Positions 17,468 through 27,200 of a DNA stretch of 64,000 nt are shown in pieces. The stretch covers positions 20,198-84,197 of the IMG/VR virus record IMGVR_UViG_2916441648_000002; one strand, written 5' to 3'. Position 1 is the stretch's first letter; each line of letters opens with the position of its first letter. The notes beneath the pieces were generated by a model. The model was not told the DNA's origin. It made no database searches and worked only from the letters and a program-made list of their open reading frames with translations. The DNA is from a virus. Lineage: Duplodnaviria > Caudoviricetes. The position numbers were made by a program, and so were the translations under genes.

Positions 17468-18060
17468 GCAACATCGACAAGCAGTCGCTGCGTGAGCGCT
17501 ACTCCGCAAAACCGATACCAAAATGCCATATTTGCGGTACCGAAATGACAATACAGCGGATGTCTGGTAGCCGCGTAACTTACGGCTGCTCAGGCGCAAT
17601 TTACGATGAAACCGGATGCCACTACGCCGATGGCCGCAGCCTGGCTGATGACCATTATGAACAATCCCGCGTCACTGTCACAGATGAAAGTGATCCTGAT
17701 GTGCTAGCGCTGCAGGATGAGCTGGAAGCCGCAGAGAAGCGGATTTCTGAACTTGAGAGCGACAATGCATACATCAGAAACAGGCACAAAGAACTAGACC
17801 TGTTAATCGGGAAAAACATTCTGGTAATGCAGGCCGCAATCATCGAATGGCAGGGAACTGGCGACGCCAGAAAGGGGCTGGCATGGATTTATAACACGCT
17901 ATTTGGCCCAGGCGAACTGCCGGACGAATCGGAGAAAGACGCCCAGGCCTATTTTGACCGTAAATATGCTCCTCTCGACGAAGAACTCATGAATCTTCAT
18001 CGGTGGTTCTGGGAGCAAAGCGAAGCTGAGCGCGCCGCCGCAGCCGGTAAAGGAGAGTGA
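17464..18060 (+). CDS. Ead/Ea22-like protein
   Basis: MSNIDKQSLRE...CHICG...ELEAAEKRISELE. Confidence 0.7.
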   Translation: MSNIDKQSLRERYSAKPIPKCHICGTEMTIQRMSGSRVTYGCSGAIYDETGCHYADGRSLADDHYEQSRVTVTDESDPDVLALQDELEAAEKRISELESDNAYIRNRHKELDLLIGKNILVMQAAIIEWQGTGDARKGLAWIYNTLFGPGELPDESEKDAQAYFDRKYAPLDEELMNLHRWFWEQSEAERAAAAGKGE

Positions 18061-18350
18061 GCATGGCTACTTTGCAGGAATTAATCGACCTGACGCCAGA
18101 ACAAGAAAAGGCGTGGAAGCGCCTTGAGAAAGCAGTGAAGGATTTCCGAGCAGCCGGAGGTAAGTTCTATAGCGTTTTGGACACGCTGAGCGCCTACAAC
18201 GGCGAGCACGTTGCCTACATTGATAACGACACGGGCTATCACACCGCAAGCGTCTACATGCCGAGCATTGATGCTACAGGATTTACCAGCTGGGCTGATG
18301 ATTGGCACGGCATCACGCTGAAAGATGGCGTTAAAGTGGATGAGGACTAA
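18057..18350 (+). CDS. Hypothetical early protein
   Basis: Coupled ORF; identical copy at 60400. Confidence 0.7.
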   Translation: MSMATLQELIDLTPEQEKAWKRLEKAVKDFRAAGGKFYSVLDTLSAYNGEHVAYIDNDTGYHTASVYMPSIDATGFTSWADDWHGITLKDGVKVDED

Positions 18351-18353
18351 CCC

Positions 18354-18986
18354 ATGAGCACTATTACCAAAGAGCGCGTTGCGGAATTCATTAAAAACCC
18401 TCTCGATAACGGCTTAACCCGTGGCGAACAAATGGAGCTGGCGCGTATCGCGCTGGCATCGCTCGAAGCGGAGGCTGTGCCGGAATGGACAAACGAGCAG
18501 TGCATGGAGTTCCTGTCTATCGCTTTCCGGCATGCAGAAATTAACGGCGACCTTCAGCTGGACGATATCCGCCTGGGTGTGAAGATGGTTAATGGTAGCC
18601 GCGCCGCCATGCTTCAGGGTGCCGATGGCAACTCTCCGGTGATTACGGATGAGAAAGGCTCATCTTTGCAGTTACGCAATCTCATCCGTCAGCGCCATGC
18701 TGAGTGGTCACAGGCTACGTTCGGCGATGTTGGTCCTGTTGGACCGCTTAAACACCTCAGCAAAGAAGCGCTGGAAGCAGCGGCGGAACCTGAAGACCTC
18801 AGCGAGTGGGCTGATATGCAATTCCTGCTATGGGATGCCCAGCGCCGCGCCGGTATCAGCGATGTTGAAATTACAGCAGCGATGGAAGAAAAGCTGAAGG
18901 TGAATATGGCGCGCCAGTGGCCAGAGCCGAAAGACGGAGAGCCGAGACAGCATATCAAAGCAGCACCACAGCAGGAGGTGAAGTGA
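18354..18986 (+). CDS. DUF550 (dATP/dGTP pyrophosphohydrolase-like) domain fusion protein
   Basis: WSQATFG.VGP.GPLKHL.KE..E...DLSEWADMQFLLWDAQRRAG, MazG-like DUF550. Confidence 0.8.
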   Translation: MSTITKERVAEFIKNPLDNGLTRGEQMELARIALASLEAEAVPEWTNEQCMEFLSIAFRHAEINGDLQLDDIRLGVKMVNGSRAAMLQGADGNSPVITDEKGSSLQLRNLIRQRHAEWSQATFGDVGPVGPLKHLSKEALEAAAEPEDLSEWADMQFLLWDAQRRAGISDVEITAAMEEKLKVNMARQWPEPKDGEPRQHIKAAPQQEVK

Positions 18987-19219
18987 TGGTTACTGGAGGA
19001 TATACCCTTGACCTCACCTGTGACTGCCAAAAGTGCCAGTCCTACATGGGCGATCCTGATTACAGAACGGAAGAGCGCGGGTTTAAGCGGCTAATTGGCG
19101 ACAATTTTACGGAGTGTTTCAGGGCGGCCAAGAAGCGAGGCTGGAAATTTAACGCAAACAAAACTCACTGCCTTGCGCCTGGTCATTCATACCGAAAAGA
19201 TGGTGACATCCATGCCTAA
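18986..19219 (+). CDS. Cys-rich hypothetical protein (77 aa)
   Basis: GGAGG RBS, TGATG coupling, CDCQKC. Confidence 0.6.
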   Translation: MVTGGYTLDLTCDCQKCQSYMGDPDYRTEERGFKRLIGDNFTECFRAAKKRGWKFNANKTHCLAPGHSYRKDGDIHA

Positions 19220-19292
19220 CCCATTCGACGCAGTAATGTTCGTACTGCTGGCAATCGGCGCACTTCAGCAAATTGGGTGGCTGCCATGGTGA
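19212..19292 (+). CDS. 26-aa hydrophobic peptide
   Basis: MPNPFDAVMFVLLAIGALQQIGWLPW; overlaps the flanking stop and start. Confidence 0.45.
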   Translation: MPNPFDAVMFVLLAIGALQQIGWLPW

Positions 19293-19555
19293 GCAAACTC
19301 AAACAGCGGCGCTTGCGCCGCCTTAAAGCAGATGTCGCCTGGTGGCGTGAAGAGGCTGAGGATTGCCGCGCCCGCCTGCTGGAGCTGGCCGGGGAAATAG
19401 ACAGGCTAAAAAAGCTGGTTATCCGCGTACCGATGCCTGTTCTGATGCCAAAGGAGATGCTCCACCAGCTCTATTACACCGAAACAAAAAGATGTCGTAC
19501 CTGCAATGATGGGCTCCGTGGTGGTTGTTCATCATGCATTTTCTTTAAGAGATAG
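19286..19555 (+). CDS. Hypothetical protein with C-terminal CxxC/CxxC
   Basis: Homolog at 61707-61976. Confidence 0.7.
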   Translation: MVSKLKQRRLRRLKADVAWWREEAEDCRARLLELAGEIDRLKKLVIRVPMPVLMPKEMLHQLYYTETKRCRTCNDGLRGGCSSCIFFKR

Positions 19556-19586
19556 CCGGGTGCAGCCGGTTAAGTGGAGAATAGCC

Positions 19587-19796
19587 ATGGCCAAGTTGAT
19601 GAAGGCGAGTCTGTGGGGTAAGCGAGAGTTTGAACCAGGCTCTGTTCCAGATAACAGAACTATTAAACGCTGGATTGAAAACGGTAAGCTTCAGGGTCGC
19701 ATCGTAGATGGAACGATCCTTGTAAGTTCCTCAGAAAAATGGGGCGTTGACTCAATGGTCAGTGAAAGAGTTCGTCAGTTAATTCAAGAGGATTAA
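19587..19796 (+). CDS. xis: Excisionase-like protein (69 aa)
   Basis: Small wHTH (RTIKRWIENG) immediately upstream of int; GGAG RBS. Confidence 0.75.
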   Translation: MAKLMKASLWGKREFEPGSVPDNRTIKRWIENGKLQGRIVDGTILVSSSEKWGVDSMVSERVRQLIQED

Positions 19797-19797
19797 C

Positions 19798-20976
19798 ATG
19801 GCCGCAAGACCACGTAAAAGGGAAAACCGCAATCTCCCTGACTTCCTGCTTTATGATAAAGCCACCGGACAATATCGCTTTACGCTTATAACCGGGAAAC
19901 GTAAAAGCATTGGAACTGATCGCGTAATGGCAATCGCCATTGCCAAAGAATATAACCTCAGAATGAGGCCTGAAACGGTCCCATCCGTTGAAAGTCTAAT
20001 CAGAGACTCAGGCGGACTTAATGGAGAAGCGCAACCATTCAGCCACCATGTTGATCGCATTATGGCGCGTGCCGTTGCCGATGAAAAACCATCACAAAGT
20101 ACCTTGGACGACTGGAATAATGACGCTATAAGGGTTAAGGAATTTTTTATCGACATCCCTGCTTGTGACATTGAGCTTGAGCATGTTAACCAGTTTATTA
20201 ACCGCTACCATGCTGATGCATCAGCTAACGTTCAAAACAGGAAAGTGAGCTTTCTAAAAAAACTGTTCTCTTATGCTGTTGACGAATCATTAATGATGGA
20301 TAACCCGGCAGCACGTAAAAAAATGCGCCGCGTTGAAGAGAAGAAGCGCAAGCGGCTCGCGCTGGATAACTTTATTGCTATTAGAAACGCAGCAGAACCA
20401 TGGTTAAGAACCGCAATGGACCTTGCCCTTCAAACGACACATGCTCGTCTCGAAGTTTCAAGAATAAAATATTCGATAAGAGAACCGAAGAACGGCGTTT
20501 GTGGATGTGTATGGTTAGACCAACCTGAAAACGGAATATACGGAACTTTGTACATTCACCGCCAGAAGGTGCAAAAGAAAGAAGCATCGCACGTAGCGAT
20601 CCCAATTGGAGAGGAATTGAAGAGGATTATTGACGATAGCCGGGATAGTGTTGCCAGTCCGTATGTTGTTCACCGGATACCAGAACGAAATAACAAGCGC
20701 AGTAAAGAGGTTTCGCACCCTACTCAGGTAGCGCCAGATTATCTTAGCCGTTCGTTCTCTGCACTGCGTGACAAACTTGGGTTGTGTGATCATCTTCCAA
20801 TGGATGAGCGTCCAACCTTTCATGAGATCAGGGCACTTGCCGCTCACTTGTTTGATAGCCAGGGTATCGACCCTCAGGGCAGGATGGCTCATAGTGATGC
20901 CAAATCAACGAAGATATATACCAGTAATCATATCGACTGGGTTATGGTTCCACATGGTGAGATCAAGGCAGGATAA
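19798..20976 (+). CDS. int: Tyrosine integrase
   Basis: Arm-binding N-terminus; AR, HEIR and AH...IY catalytic motifs; adjacent to att. Confidence 0.95.
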   Translation: MAARPRKRENRNLPDFLLYDKATGQYRFTLITGKRKSIGTDRVMAIAIAKEYNLRMRPETVPSVESLIRDSGGLNGEAQPFSHHVDRIMARAVADEKPSQSTLDDWNNDAIRVKEFFIDIPACDIELEHVNQFINRYHADASANVQNRKVSFLKKLFSYAVDESLMMDNPAARKKMRRVEEKKRKRLALDNFIAIRNAAEPWLRTAMDLALQTTHARLEVSRIKYSIREPKNGVCGCVWLDQPENGIYGTLYIHRQKVQKKEASHVAIPIGEELKRIIDDSRDSVASPYVVHRIPERNNKRSKEVSHPTQVAPDYLSRSFSALRDKLGLCDHLPMDERPTFHEIRALAAHLFDSQGIDPQGRMAHSDAKSTKIYTSNHIDWVMVPHGEIKAG

Positions 20977-21109
20977 CCAATGGCGAAACCACACCTTAAG
21001 TCATTGATGTGTATAGTGCAGATAATGCGTAAATTTCACTGTTTGCTTATACAGTCGAATGATGTGCAAGCCAGTAATGGCGCGGCTTAGAGGCATTTTA
21101 CACAGGTGA

Positions 21110-21198
21110 CATGGGGTGTCGGGGGTCGGAGGTTCAAATCCTCTCGTGCCGACCAAAAATACTCTTTAAACCAGCCAGCTATGGCTGGTTTTTTTATT
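21110..21198 (+). repeat. att junction between the prophages (attP-like): 3' half of tRNA-Pro(GGG) plus terminator
   Basis: CATGGGGTGTCGGGGGTCGGAGGTTCAAATCCTCTCGTGCCGACCA matches the proL 3' half; 89-bp block identical to 63531-63619; no tRNA 5' half. Confidence 0.92.
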
Positions 21199-21213
21199 TA
21201 TGTAAAATCAAAA

Positions 21214-21241
21214 TGGTGAAACTGTGGTGAAAAGGTGGTTA
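21214..21241. promoter_or_regulatory. Putative integrase arm-type sites (TGGTGAAA repeats)
   Basis: TGGTGAAA at 21214 and 21225; similar TGGCGAAA at 20981 in the other arm; absent right of 63619. Confidence 0.45.
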
Positions 21242-21250
21242 AACCGCTCC

Positions 21251-21571
21251 TTAAATTGCCGGACAGTTATCATTAACAACTCTGTTTAGGCTGTGTGTAA
21301 GCACCCCAAAAACCTCAACCCCATCTAGCGCGTCACCTTCTATTGATTCCCCATCTTCAGTTATCAATGCCTCACCGTAGAGCTTCGCGAACTCGTTACT
21401 GTTATCGATTCTTACAAGTAACGTATCCCCTTGCTCTGGCTTCAATGCAACGTTAATTACAGCCCATCCGCTTGACGTTTCAATTACCCGGCAGTTTCCA
21501 TCAATCCCGCATAGAAGGTCGATAGTTAATCTTTGTTCCTGATAGTCCATGGCAGGTGAAGGAAAGCCCAT
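21251..21571 (-). CDS. HumD-like, pre-cleaved UmuD' homolog
   Basis: Starts MGFPSPAMDY, at the Gly after the UmuD cleavage site; lacks the GDSM serine; ends VFGVLTH...DNCPAI as in phage P1 HumD. Confidence 0.75.
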   Translation of the reverse strand: MGFPSPAMDYQEQRLTIDLLCGIDGNCRVIETSSGWAVINVALKPEQGDTLLVRIDNSNEFAKLYGEALITEDGESIEGDALDGVEVFGVLTHSLNRVVNDNCPAI

Positions 21572-21810
21572 TAGAAAATCCTCCCCATGTTACGCAGGAT
21601 CCAATATCGGTTATCGCTACCGTCTGTAGTCTTATCTGCGAAGTCAGGCTGGTAACGTTCAATCCATGCATTTGCATCTTCCCTGCTGAAGTGCCAGCTC
21701 TTCTCTCGCAGCTTTGTGACAAAACTGTCTGTTCTCAAGTAGCGGTACCCTTTAGGATTTAGTTGTATGGCCGCACTGAAAGCGGTTTGGATGTCAGATT
21801 GACGAGGCAT
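21571..21810 (-). CDS. Hypothetical SOS-boxed protein (79 aa, MPRQSDIQ...)
   Basis: GGGGGA RBS; TAATG coupling to the HumD-like gene. Confidence 0.7.
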   Translation of the reverse strand: MPRQSDIQTAFSAAIQLNPKGYRYLRTDSFVTKLREKSWHFSREDANAWIERYQPDFADKTTDGSDNRYWILRNMGRIF

Positions 21811-21828
21811 GATCCCCCCAACAAGTAA

Positions 21829-21844
21829 CTGTATATGCATACAG
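21829..21844. promoter_or_regulatory. LexA (SOS) box
   Basis: CTGTATATGCATACAG, CTG-N10-CAG, 19-34 nt upstream of ATG 21810. Confidence 0.85.
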
Positions 21845-21890
21845 TATCATTGTTTATTGCGGAGGGATCAAGTCAGGAAAAGACTATCAA

Positions 21891-23198
21891 TTATTTATTC
21901 TGGATAATGTTTTGATCTTCATGAGAAGACTTAGCATGCATGTTCCAAATGCTGTCATCTGGCATATCAAGGCGCACGTCTATCCAGCTGTTGTCTGGTA
22001 CGTCCATCGGCTCACCTTTTGTTTTAACGATCTCACCATCATCGCTAAGCATGTACTTGCGTTTAAATAGACGAATTGTCAGGCCGCCGCTTTCCGTTTG
22101 CTCTGCCTCAACCACACCCAACTCACCCATTCCGCCTGGGTCCATCGGTGGAAGAAGTTGCCACCCCTCAGATGCCAGGCCCGCTGAACCCGTAAGTACA
22201 TAAACACCAACATCAAAACGGGTAATTTTGATGCCCTCCGCTTCTTCGTTAGCCGTTCCGCATCCGCACCAGGTGAAACCTTCTTCTGCCACATCAGTAC
22301 GCTGGCTATCTTCCTTAGATTTGACGATACGAGCCACCGGCGATGCTGCTTTAAGCGTTCCATCACTGGCTTTTGTGGTGTTGGCGGTTGAGTAATTTTC
22401 ATACCAGCTTGTATAGGTTCCACCTTCCAGAGCCCGAAGGTAAGAACGCCCGCCTCTGAATGCAACCTGTGTATTATAAGCGGATAACTGTGTGGAGTGG
22501 GTTACTGTAAAACCAAAAACAACACCGGAGATCGGTCCGCTACCTTGCCCAGTCCAGAAACAGGTTTTACCGGCAAACGTATTGATGTTTTCAGACCCAG
22601 TTCCGATACTGTTGCCTCCAATACCAGAAGAACCTACCGTAACAACGTTTTCACGAGACTCGCCAGTATTAAGAGTGGCTACGTTGCCCAAACCGAGGTT
22701 TGTGCGAACGCCTGCAGCGTTCGTTGCACCTGTCCCGCCCTGGCTGATACTGAGCGCGGTAGTCAGGCCGCTTAGGCTGGTTATATCGCTGTTAGCCCCT
22801 TTCTTCGCCAGTGATTTCTGACCCGGTACTGTGACGGCCACGCCGTTAATCGTGATGGTGACGTCTGTAGTACCGTTCATCACATCAGCGAACCCGCTCA
22901 TGTAGCGCTGGTACATCGTGAAGGTTTCAGCAATATCCTGTGCCAGGCCGTCAACGCTCAGGCTGTCGCTCAGAAGAATGGCGTATTTAGTTCCAGAAGG
23001 TACGGCAGGGTTAGCAGCGGGCGTAACGGTAAGAGAGGTTGCGCTTCCAATCGCGGTAATCTGAAAAACCTGCGCCGGACTGGTCAGGGCGATAACAGTG
23101 CAGCCGTTACGAATAAGTGAGCCAGCTGCAGTGAAGTTTGTGCCGGTACCTGTAAGGGTGTTTCCGCTGATGGCAATAGTGCCAGTGGTATAAATCAT
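21891..23198 (-). CDS. Tail fibre protein
   Basis: Gly/Thr-rich N-terminus; ANTTKASDGTLKAASP followed by a conserved C-terminal domain; end of tail operon. Confidence 0.8.
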   Translation of the reverse strand: MIYTTGTIAISGNTLTGTGTNFTAAGSLIRNGCTVIALTSPAQVFQITAIGSATSLTVTPAANPAVPSGTKYAILLSDSLSVDGLAQDIAETFTMYQRYMSGFADVMNGTTDVTITINGVAVTVPGQKSLAKKGANSDITSLSGLTTALSISQGGTGATNAAGVRTNLGLGNVATLNTGESRENVVTVGSSGIGGNSIGTGSENINTFAGKTCFWTGQGSGPISGVVFGFTVTHSTQLSAYNTQVAFRGGRSYLRALEGGTYTSWYENYSTANTTKASDGTLKAASPVARIVKSKEDSQRTDVAEEGFTWCGCGTANEEAEGIKITRFDVGVYVLTGSAGLASEGWQLLPPMDPGGMGELGVVEAEQTESGGLTIRLFKRKYMLSDDGEIVKTKGEPMDVPDNSWIDVRLDMPDDSIWNMHAKSSHEDQNIIQNK

Positions 23199-23259
23199 AT
23201 TTTCTCCAGGAAATAAAAACCCCCGCCGGAGCGAGGGTGCATTTAAATGGTGATATTTT

Positions 23260-24225
23260 TCAGACGTACATATCGGGAAGAACGGGAAGACTGAGGGGCG
23301 TTACCGTGTCATTACCAAAAATGGCATATTGTTCGCGCCCGAGATACTTGCCTCCCTGAACTGAAGCGTAACCATTCTGAATTTTTATACCGAACATTCG
23401 ATACACATATACCCCGTTAACCTCATGGGTCATTAACCCAAACCTGCCCAGCGGAACATACCCGCTGCCTATGTTCACAGCGCTTTTAGAAGGCGACCAG
23501 AGTTGATTGAGGTATACGAAAGGTCGTTTTGTGGTTGAAAAGGTACAGGCCCCTGCAGCATTGAAAATATTGAGGCCGATACCAGCCTGCGGCGCTACAC
23601 CACTGGCGAAGATAACGATGTCTATCGTGCCGGTCGCGGGAGCGTCATCGTTCGTGGACGGAGGGCTGAAGAACCTGACCGTGTTACCGTCGAAGTCAAT
23701 CGTGTTACCACTGTTACAGCGCCCGAAAACGACATACTTCGACTTGTCGTATCCTGCTATCGTGGGAACCGCCCACCCCCCGGTCGGAACATTAACGGTA
23801 CCCTTCCAGATACACTGCCCTGACTGCGTGGCATTGGTTATCGAGGTGAAGTCAGTACTGTCGCTGATAAGCAGGCCCACCCCGCTTCGCTGACCTGTCG
23901 GAAATATCTGCCAGACACTACCGGGAAACGTATAGGTGCTATCTCTTTCACTAATGCCCAGAGCCTGCATTCTCGAATTCTGCGTAACCCTGCCACCAGA
24001 GATGGTGATGGAATTCATTTTATGCCACAGCCCCGCATCAACATAGGCAGTCGCATGCGGTATAAACAGCACCTGCGCACCTGAAACATAACCGGCAATA
24101 TCCACATACTTTGATTTCTGGTAGCCAGTATCAAAGCTTGCACCAAACGACGGGCATCTCAGGCCCGCAGTTATCTCCATGCGCTTTCCACCGTCATTCA
24201 GGTCAATCAAAAGTCCTCTTGGCAT
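23260..24225 (-). CDS. Tail-tip accessory protein (DUF6453-like)
   Basis: Between J and the fibre gene; start MPRGLLIDLNDGG. Confidence 0.65.
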   Translation of the reverse strand: MPRGLLIDLNDGGKRMEITAGLRCPSFGASFDTGYQKSKYVDIAGYVSGAQVLFIPHATAYVDAGLWHKMNSITISGGRVTQNSRMQALGISERDSTYTFPGSVWQIFPTGQRSGVGLLISDSTDFTSITNATQSGQCIWKGTVNVPTGGWAVPTIAGYDKSKYVVFGRCNSGNTIDFDGNTVRFFSPPSTNDDAPATGTIDIVIFASGVAPQAGIGLNIFNAAGACTFSTTKRPFVYLNQLWSPSKSAVNIGSGYVPLGRFGLMTHEVNGVYVYRMFGIKIQNGYASVQGGKYLGREQYAIFGNDTVTPLSLPVLPDMYV

Positions 24226-24226
24226 A

Positions 24227-27200
24227 TTATGTCCATTCTCCAAGTACGATACGGCCGCCTCCGGTCAGGTTGATAGTGACACCATTGCTATCAATCACAG
24301 TCGCCTTGTTCGGTCCACTGAAGCCAAAGTTACCCGTTGTGGCGTAAAGTGCCCCACGGAAGGTGCCACTGTTAAACTCTGGTGAGCCATTTTTGGGAAT
24401 ACTCCAGCCCTTTGAGCCAGCCGCATAATCATTGGACTGGATGTAGTTACCGATCTTGGCGTTGCTGATGGTACCGTCCTGGATGAACGTATCCCGGATA
24501 AATGTCTGCCCATTCTGGATGACAAAAGGCAGAGTAACTGCGCCGCCAGCCTGACTCATCACAGCGAAGCGGTCAGCAAGGAACAGAACCTGCGGTTGCA
24601 TGCCGGACGGCGTATTCTGAACACCAATGCCAATTCCTGCTGCGTACTGTTTGCCATTAGAATCAACAGCGACCTTGATGCTGTACATCGCATTCAGGTT
24701 GTTATTGATATCTGCCGACACCTGAGCGTTCGTGACAATTGCCGCTGACTGACCGTTAACCGTGACCTTTAGCGAATTGATTTGCGTAGCAGATGCCTGA
24801 GAGAAGTCCGCCATGGTTTTGGCAAAATCCGTCACGTTCGCGGTGTTACCACCTGCGCTGGAGTCCAGCGTTTTCAGCGATTCAGTAACTGCTTTGCTCG
24901 CATCAGCCATCACGTTATCAACGCGCTCAATACCGGCTTTGTTATCGCCATATTGCACGCTCAGGAGGTTGCGCTGGTTAACCTGCGCGAGCGTACTGGT
25001 GATCAGCGCGATAGCATTGTTCTGAATACCGCCGCTGGCCTTATCAGTTTGTGCTCCCAGTTCTTCCAGGCGTGATGCCATTGAGGAATCGAGGTCTGTG
25101 ACAACCTGGCTAAGGTCAGTGATTGATGCTGTATTCTGAGCACCTACAGCAGCTGCTGAATCAGCTTTATCAGAGGCGCTCTGCGTGGCAGCAGTCAATT
25201 GGCTTACCGCAGAAGCGCGAGCTTCAGTTTCCGTTGCTAACGCCTGGCGAACATCAGTAATACCCGCTTCATTCTGGGCAGTTTTCGCCTCAAGACGAGT
25301 AACATCCGTAACGCGGGCTTCCGTCTCAGTGGCGATCACCTCCCTGAGCTGTTCGAATGTCGCAGAGTTAGCGCCCTGCTGGGCTGTCTGGCGCACGACA
25401 ACATCGGCAATAGCCAGCGCGTTTCCGATGATTGCTTCTGCTGTCTGCTTATTCGAACCTACTGCTGCAGCCAGCCCATCGGCGTTCTCCTTAATTGCAT
25501 CAGAAAGCTCGGCCAGTTTCTCGCTACTGTCTACAGCACTTTCAATCAGATCCTTAAATACCTCGGAATCTTTAATCTCCTCCAGGATCGCATCGGTGAT
25601 ATCGGATACATCGATGCTCGCCTGTCCGCGCACCCAGTCTGTGTACCCTGATTCGTTGCCGCTGCGGTCCACCAGCTGCGCGCGGTACCAGAAAATCTGC
25701 CCAGCCTTCAGGCCCATCTGCTGATATTTGCGCTGCGGATAGGGTACGTCTGCCAGCAGCATCGCATCGTCTTCCGTCCCGGTCAGGCTGTACTGAATTT
25801 CCGTCTTCAGCGTGTCGTCGGTGTTCGCCGGGAATCCCCAGCTCAGCTCGATACCGAAAACCACATTATCAGAAGCGATGAAGCCGACCGGTTTCGGCGG
25901 ATTGCCCACTTTACCCGTAAGATTTACTTCTGATGATGTCGCCCATACTGATGAAACGTCGCTGGCGTTCACCGCCCTGACACGGACCAGATAGCGACCC
26001 GAGTAGATGCCCTGCACTTCAAAGCCGAGAGAAGACGTTCGGGGCACACTAATCCAGTTGCCGCTGTCACGCCGCCATTCCGCCTCGTAAGCAACTGCAC
26101 CCTGAACAGAATCCCAGGCAACGCGCATAGTGGTAATCGCAATGTTCTGGTTAACCGTAGAGTAACTGTCTACGACAATATTTCCTGGGGGAGCCTGAAC
26201 CCCCGGTGGAATGACACTGACTGGCCGCTCGTCCAGTCTTGCGCCGGTATCAACAGCGGAATAGATATCAGGGTTGTAAGTCGTCCCGGTGACCTCGAAA
26301 GTACCGTCGTTGTTGTCCCGCGTTCCCGTAACACGGAAAAGCGCTATAAACAGATCGTCAGAGTCCACACCCCAGTTACATTCAGCCTCCGGCGTTTCGC
26401 TGTAGGGTGTGGTGACAGTGACTGTGTTTCCGTTAACGGCCTGGACGGTTCTGGCCTGAGCTGTGCCTGACGGAAGATTCAAAAACAGCCTGTTACCGGC
26501 TTTCACATCAGCAGCGCGATCGAGGGTTATGTTGCGGCCGTTAACCGCACTCACCCTGCCGCCGATAGTTCTTCCGGCCAGCTCGTTAGCAGCCACGCCG
26601 ATCACCTCACCAACAGGGGGGACGTCCATGCCTGTGCTGAAGGTCACCACCTCGCCGATACCGTTGGTAAGCAACGCCCAGCGCCCCCGCCGGTTTGCCT
26701 CTGACTGCCTGGTGCAGCCGATCGCAGTCATTTCGAGCTGACGATAATCGAAGCGCATGGCCAGATCGCTATCGTAAACAGGCTCAGGCGTATCTTTGTA
26801 GTGGTTGGCAGGATCTGACCAGTTCACCAGCGCGGCAGTGTTTCGGGTGGTTTCACTCGGGTCCGCAAAGGTAAATTTTCCTTCAACAACGCTGGCGTGG
26901 TTGTAGATGTGCCACACATCCCGGGGCATATCGGCCAGGACATACATCTTATTGTCGCCCCAGTACGTCATGCCGCGAAATATACCCGCCAGATCACGAA
27001 GTACGGTCCAGGCGTCATTACGGTCCTGGATATAAACGTTGCAACGAAAACGAGGCTCCGTCCCGCTGCCGCCCTTGCCGTCTGGTACCAGTTGATCGCA
27101 ATACTGGGCGATGCGATAAAGTTCCCATTTGTCTATCTGAGTCGCATCGATTCTTTGACCCAGCCCGAAGCGCTCGTTCAGAATGATGTCGTAATAAATC

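Larger units (their letters stand above)
1..21198. mobile_element. Prophage 1 (lambdoid, right part; truncated by window start)
   Basis: Contiguous HNH-lysis-Q-replication-cI/cro-early-left-xis-int order ending at an att core that duplicates the tRNA-Pro 3' half. Confidence 0.95.

Noticed and set aside
18354-18986. Z-genome (2-aminoadenine) pathway
   Set aside because: DUF550 is present but no PurZ, DatZ or dedicated polymerase is visible.
21110-21155. Intact tRNA-Pro gene (also at 63531-63576)
   Set aside because: Only the anticodon-to-CCA half is present; the upstream sequence is phage arm, not the acceptor/D stem.
21891-23198. Tail-fibre variation system (invertase shufflon or DGR)
   Set aside because: No serine/tyrosine invertase, reverse transcriptase, or duplicated template/variable repeat near the fibre gene.
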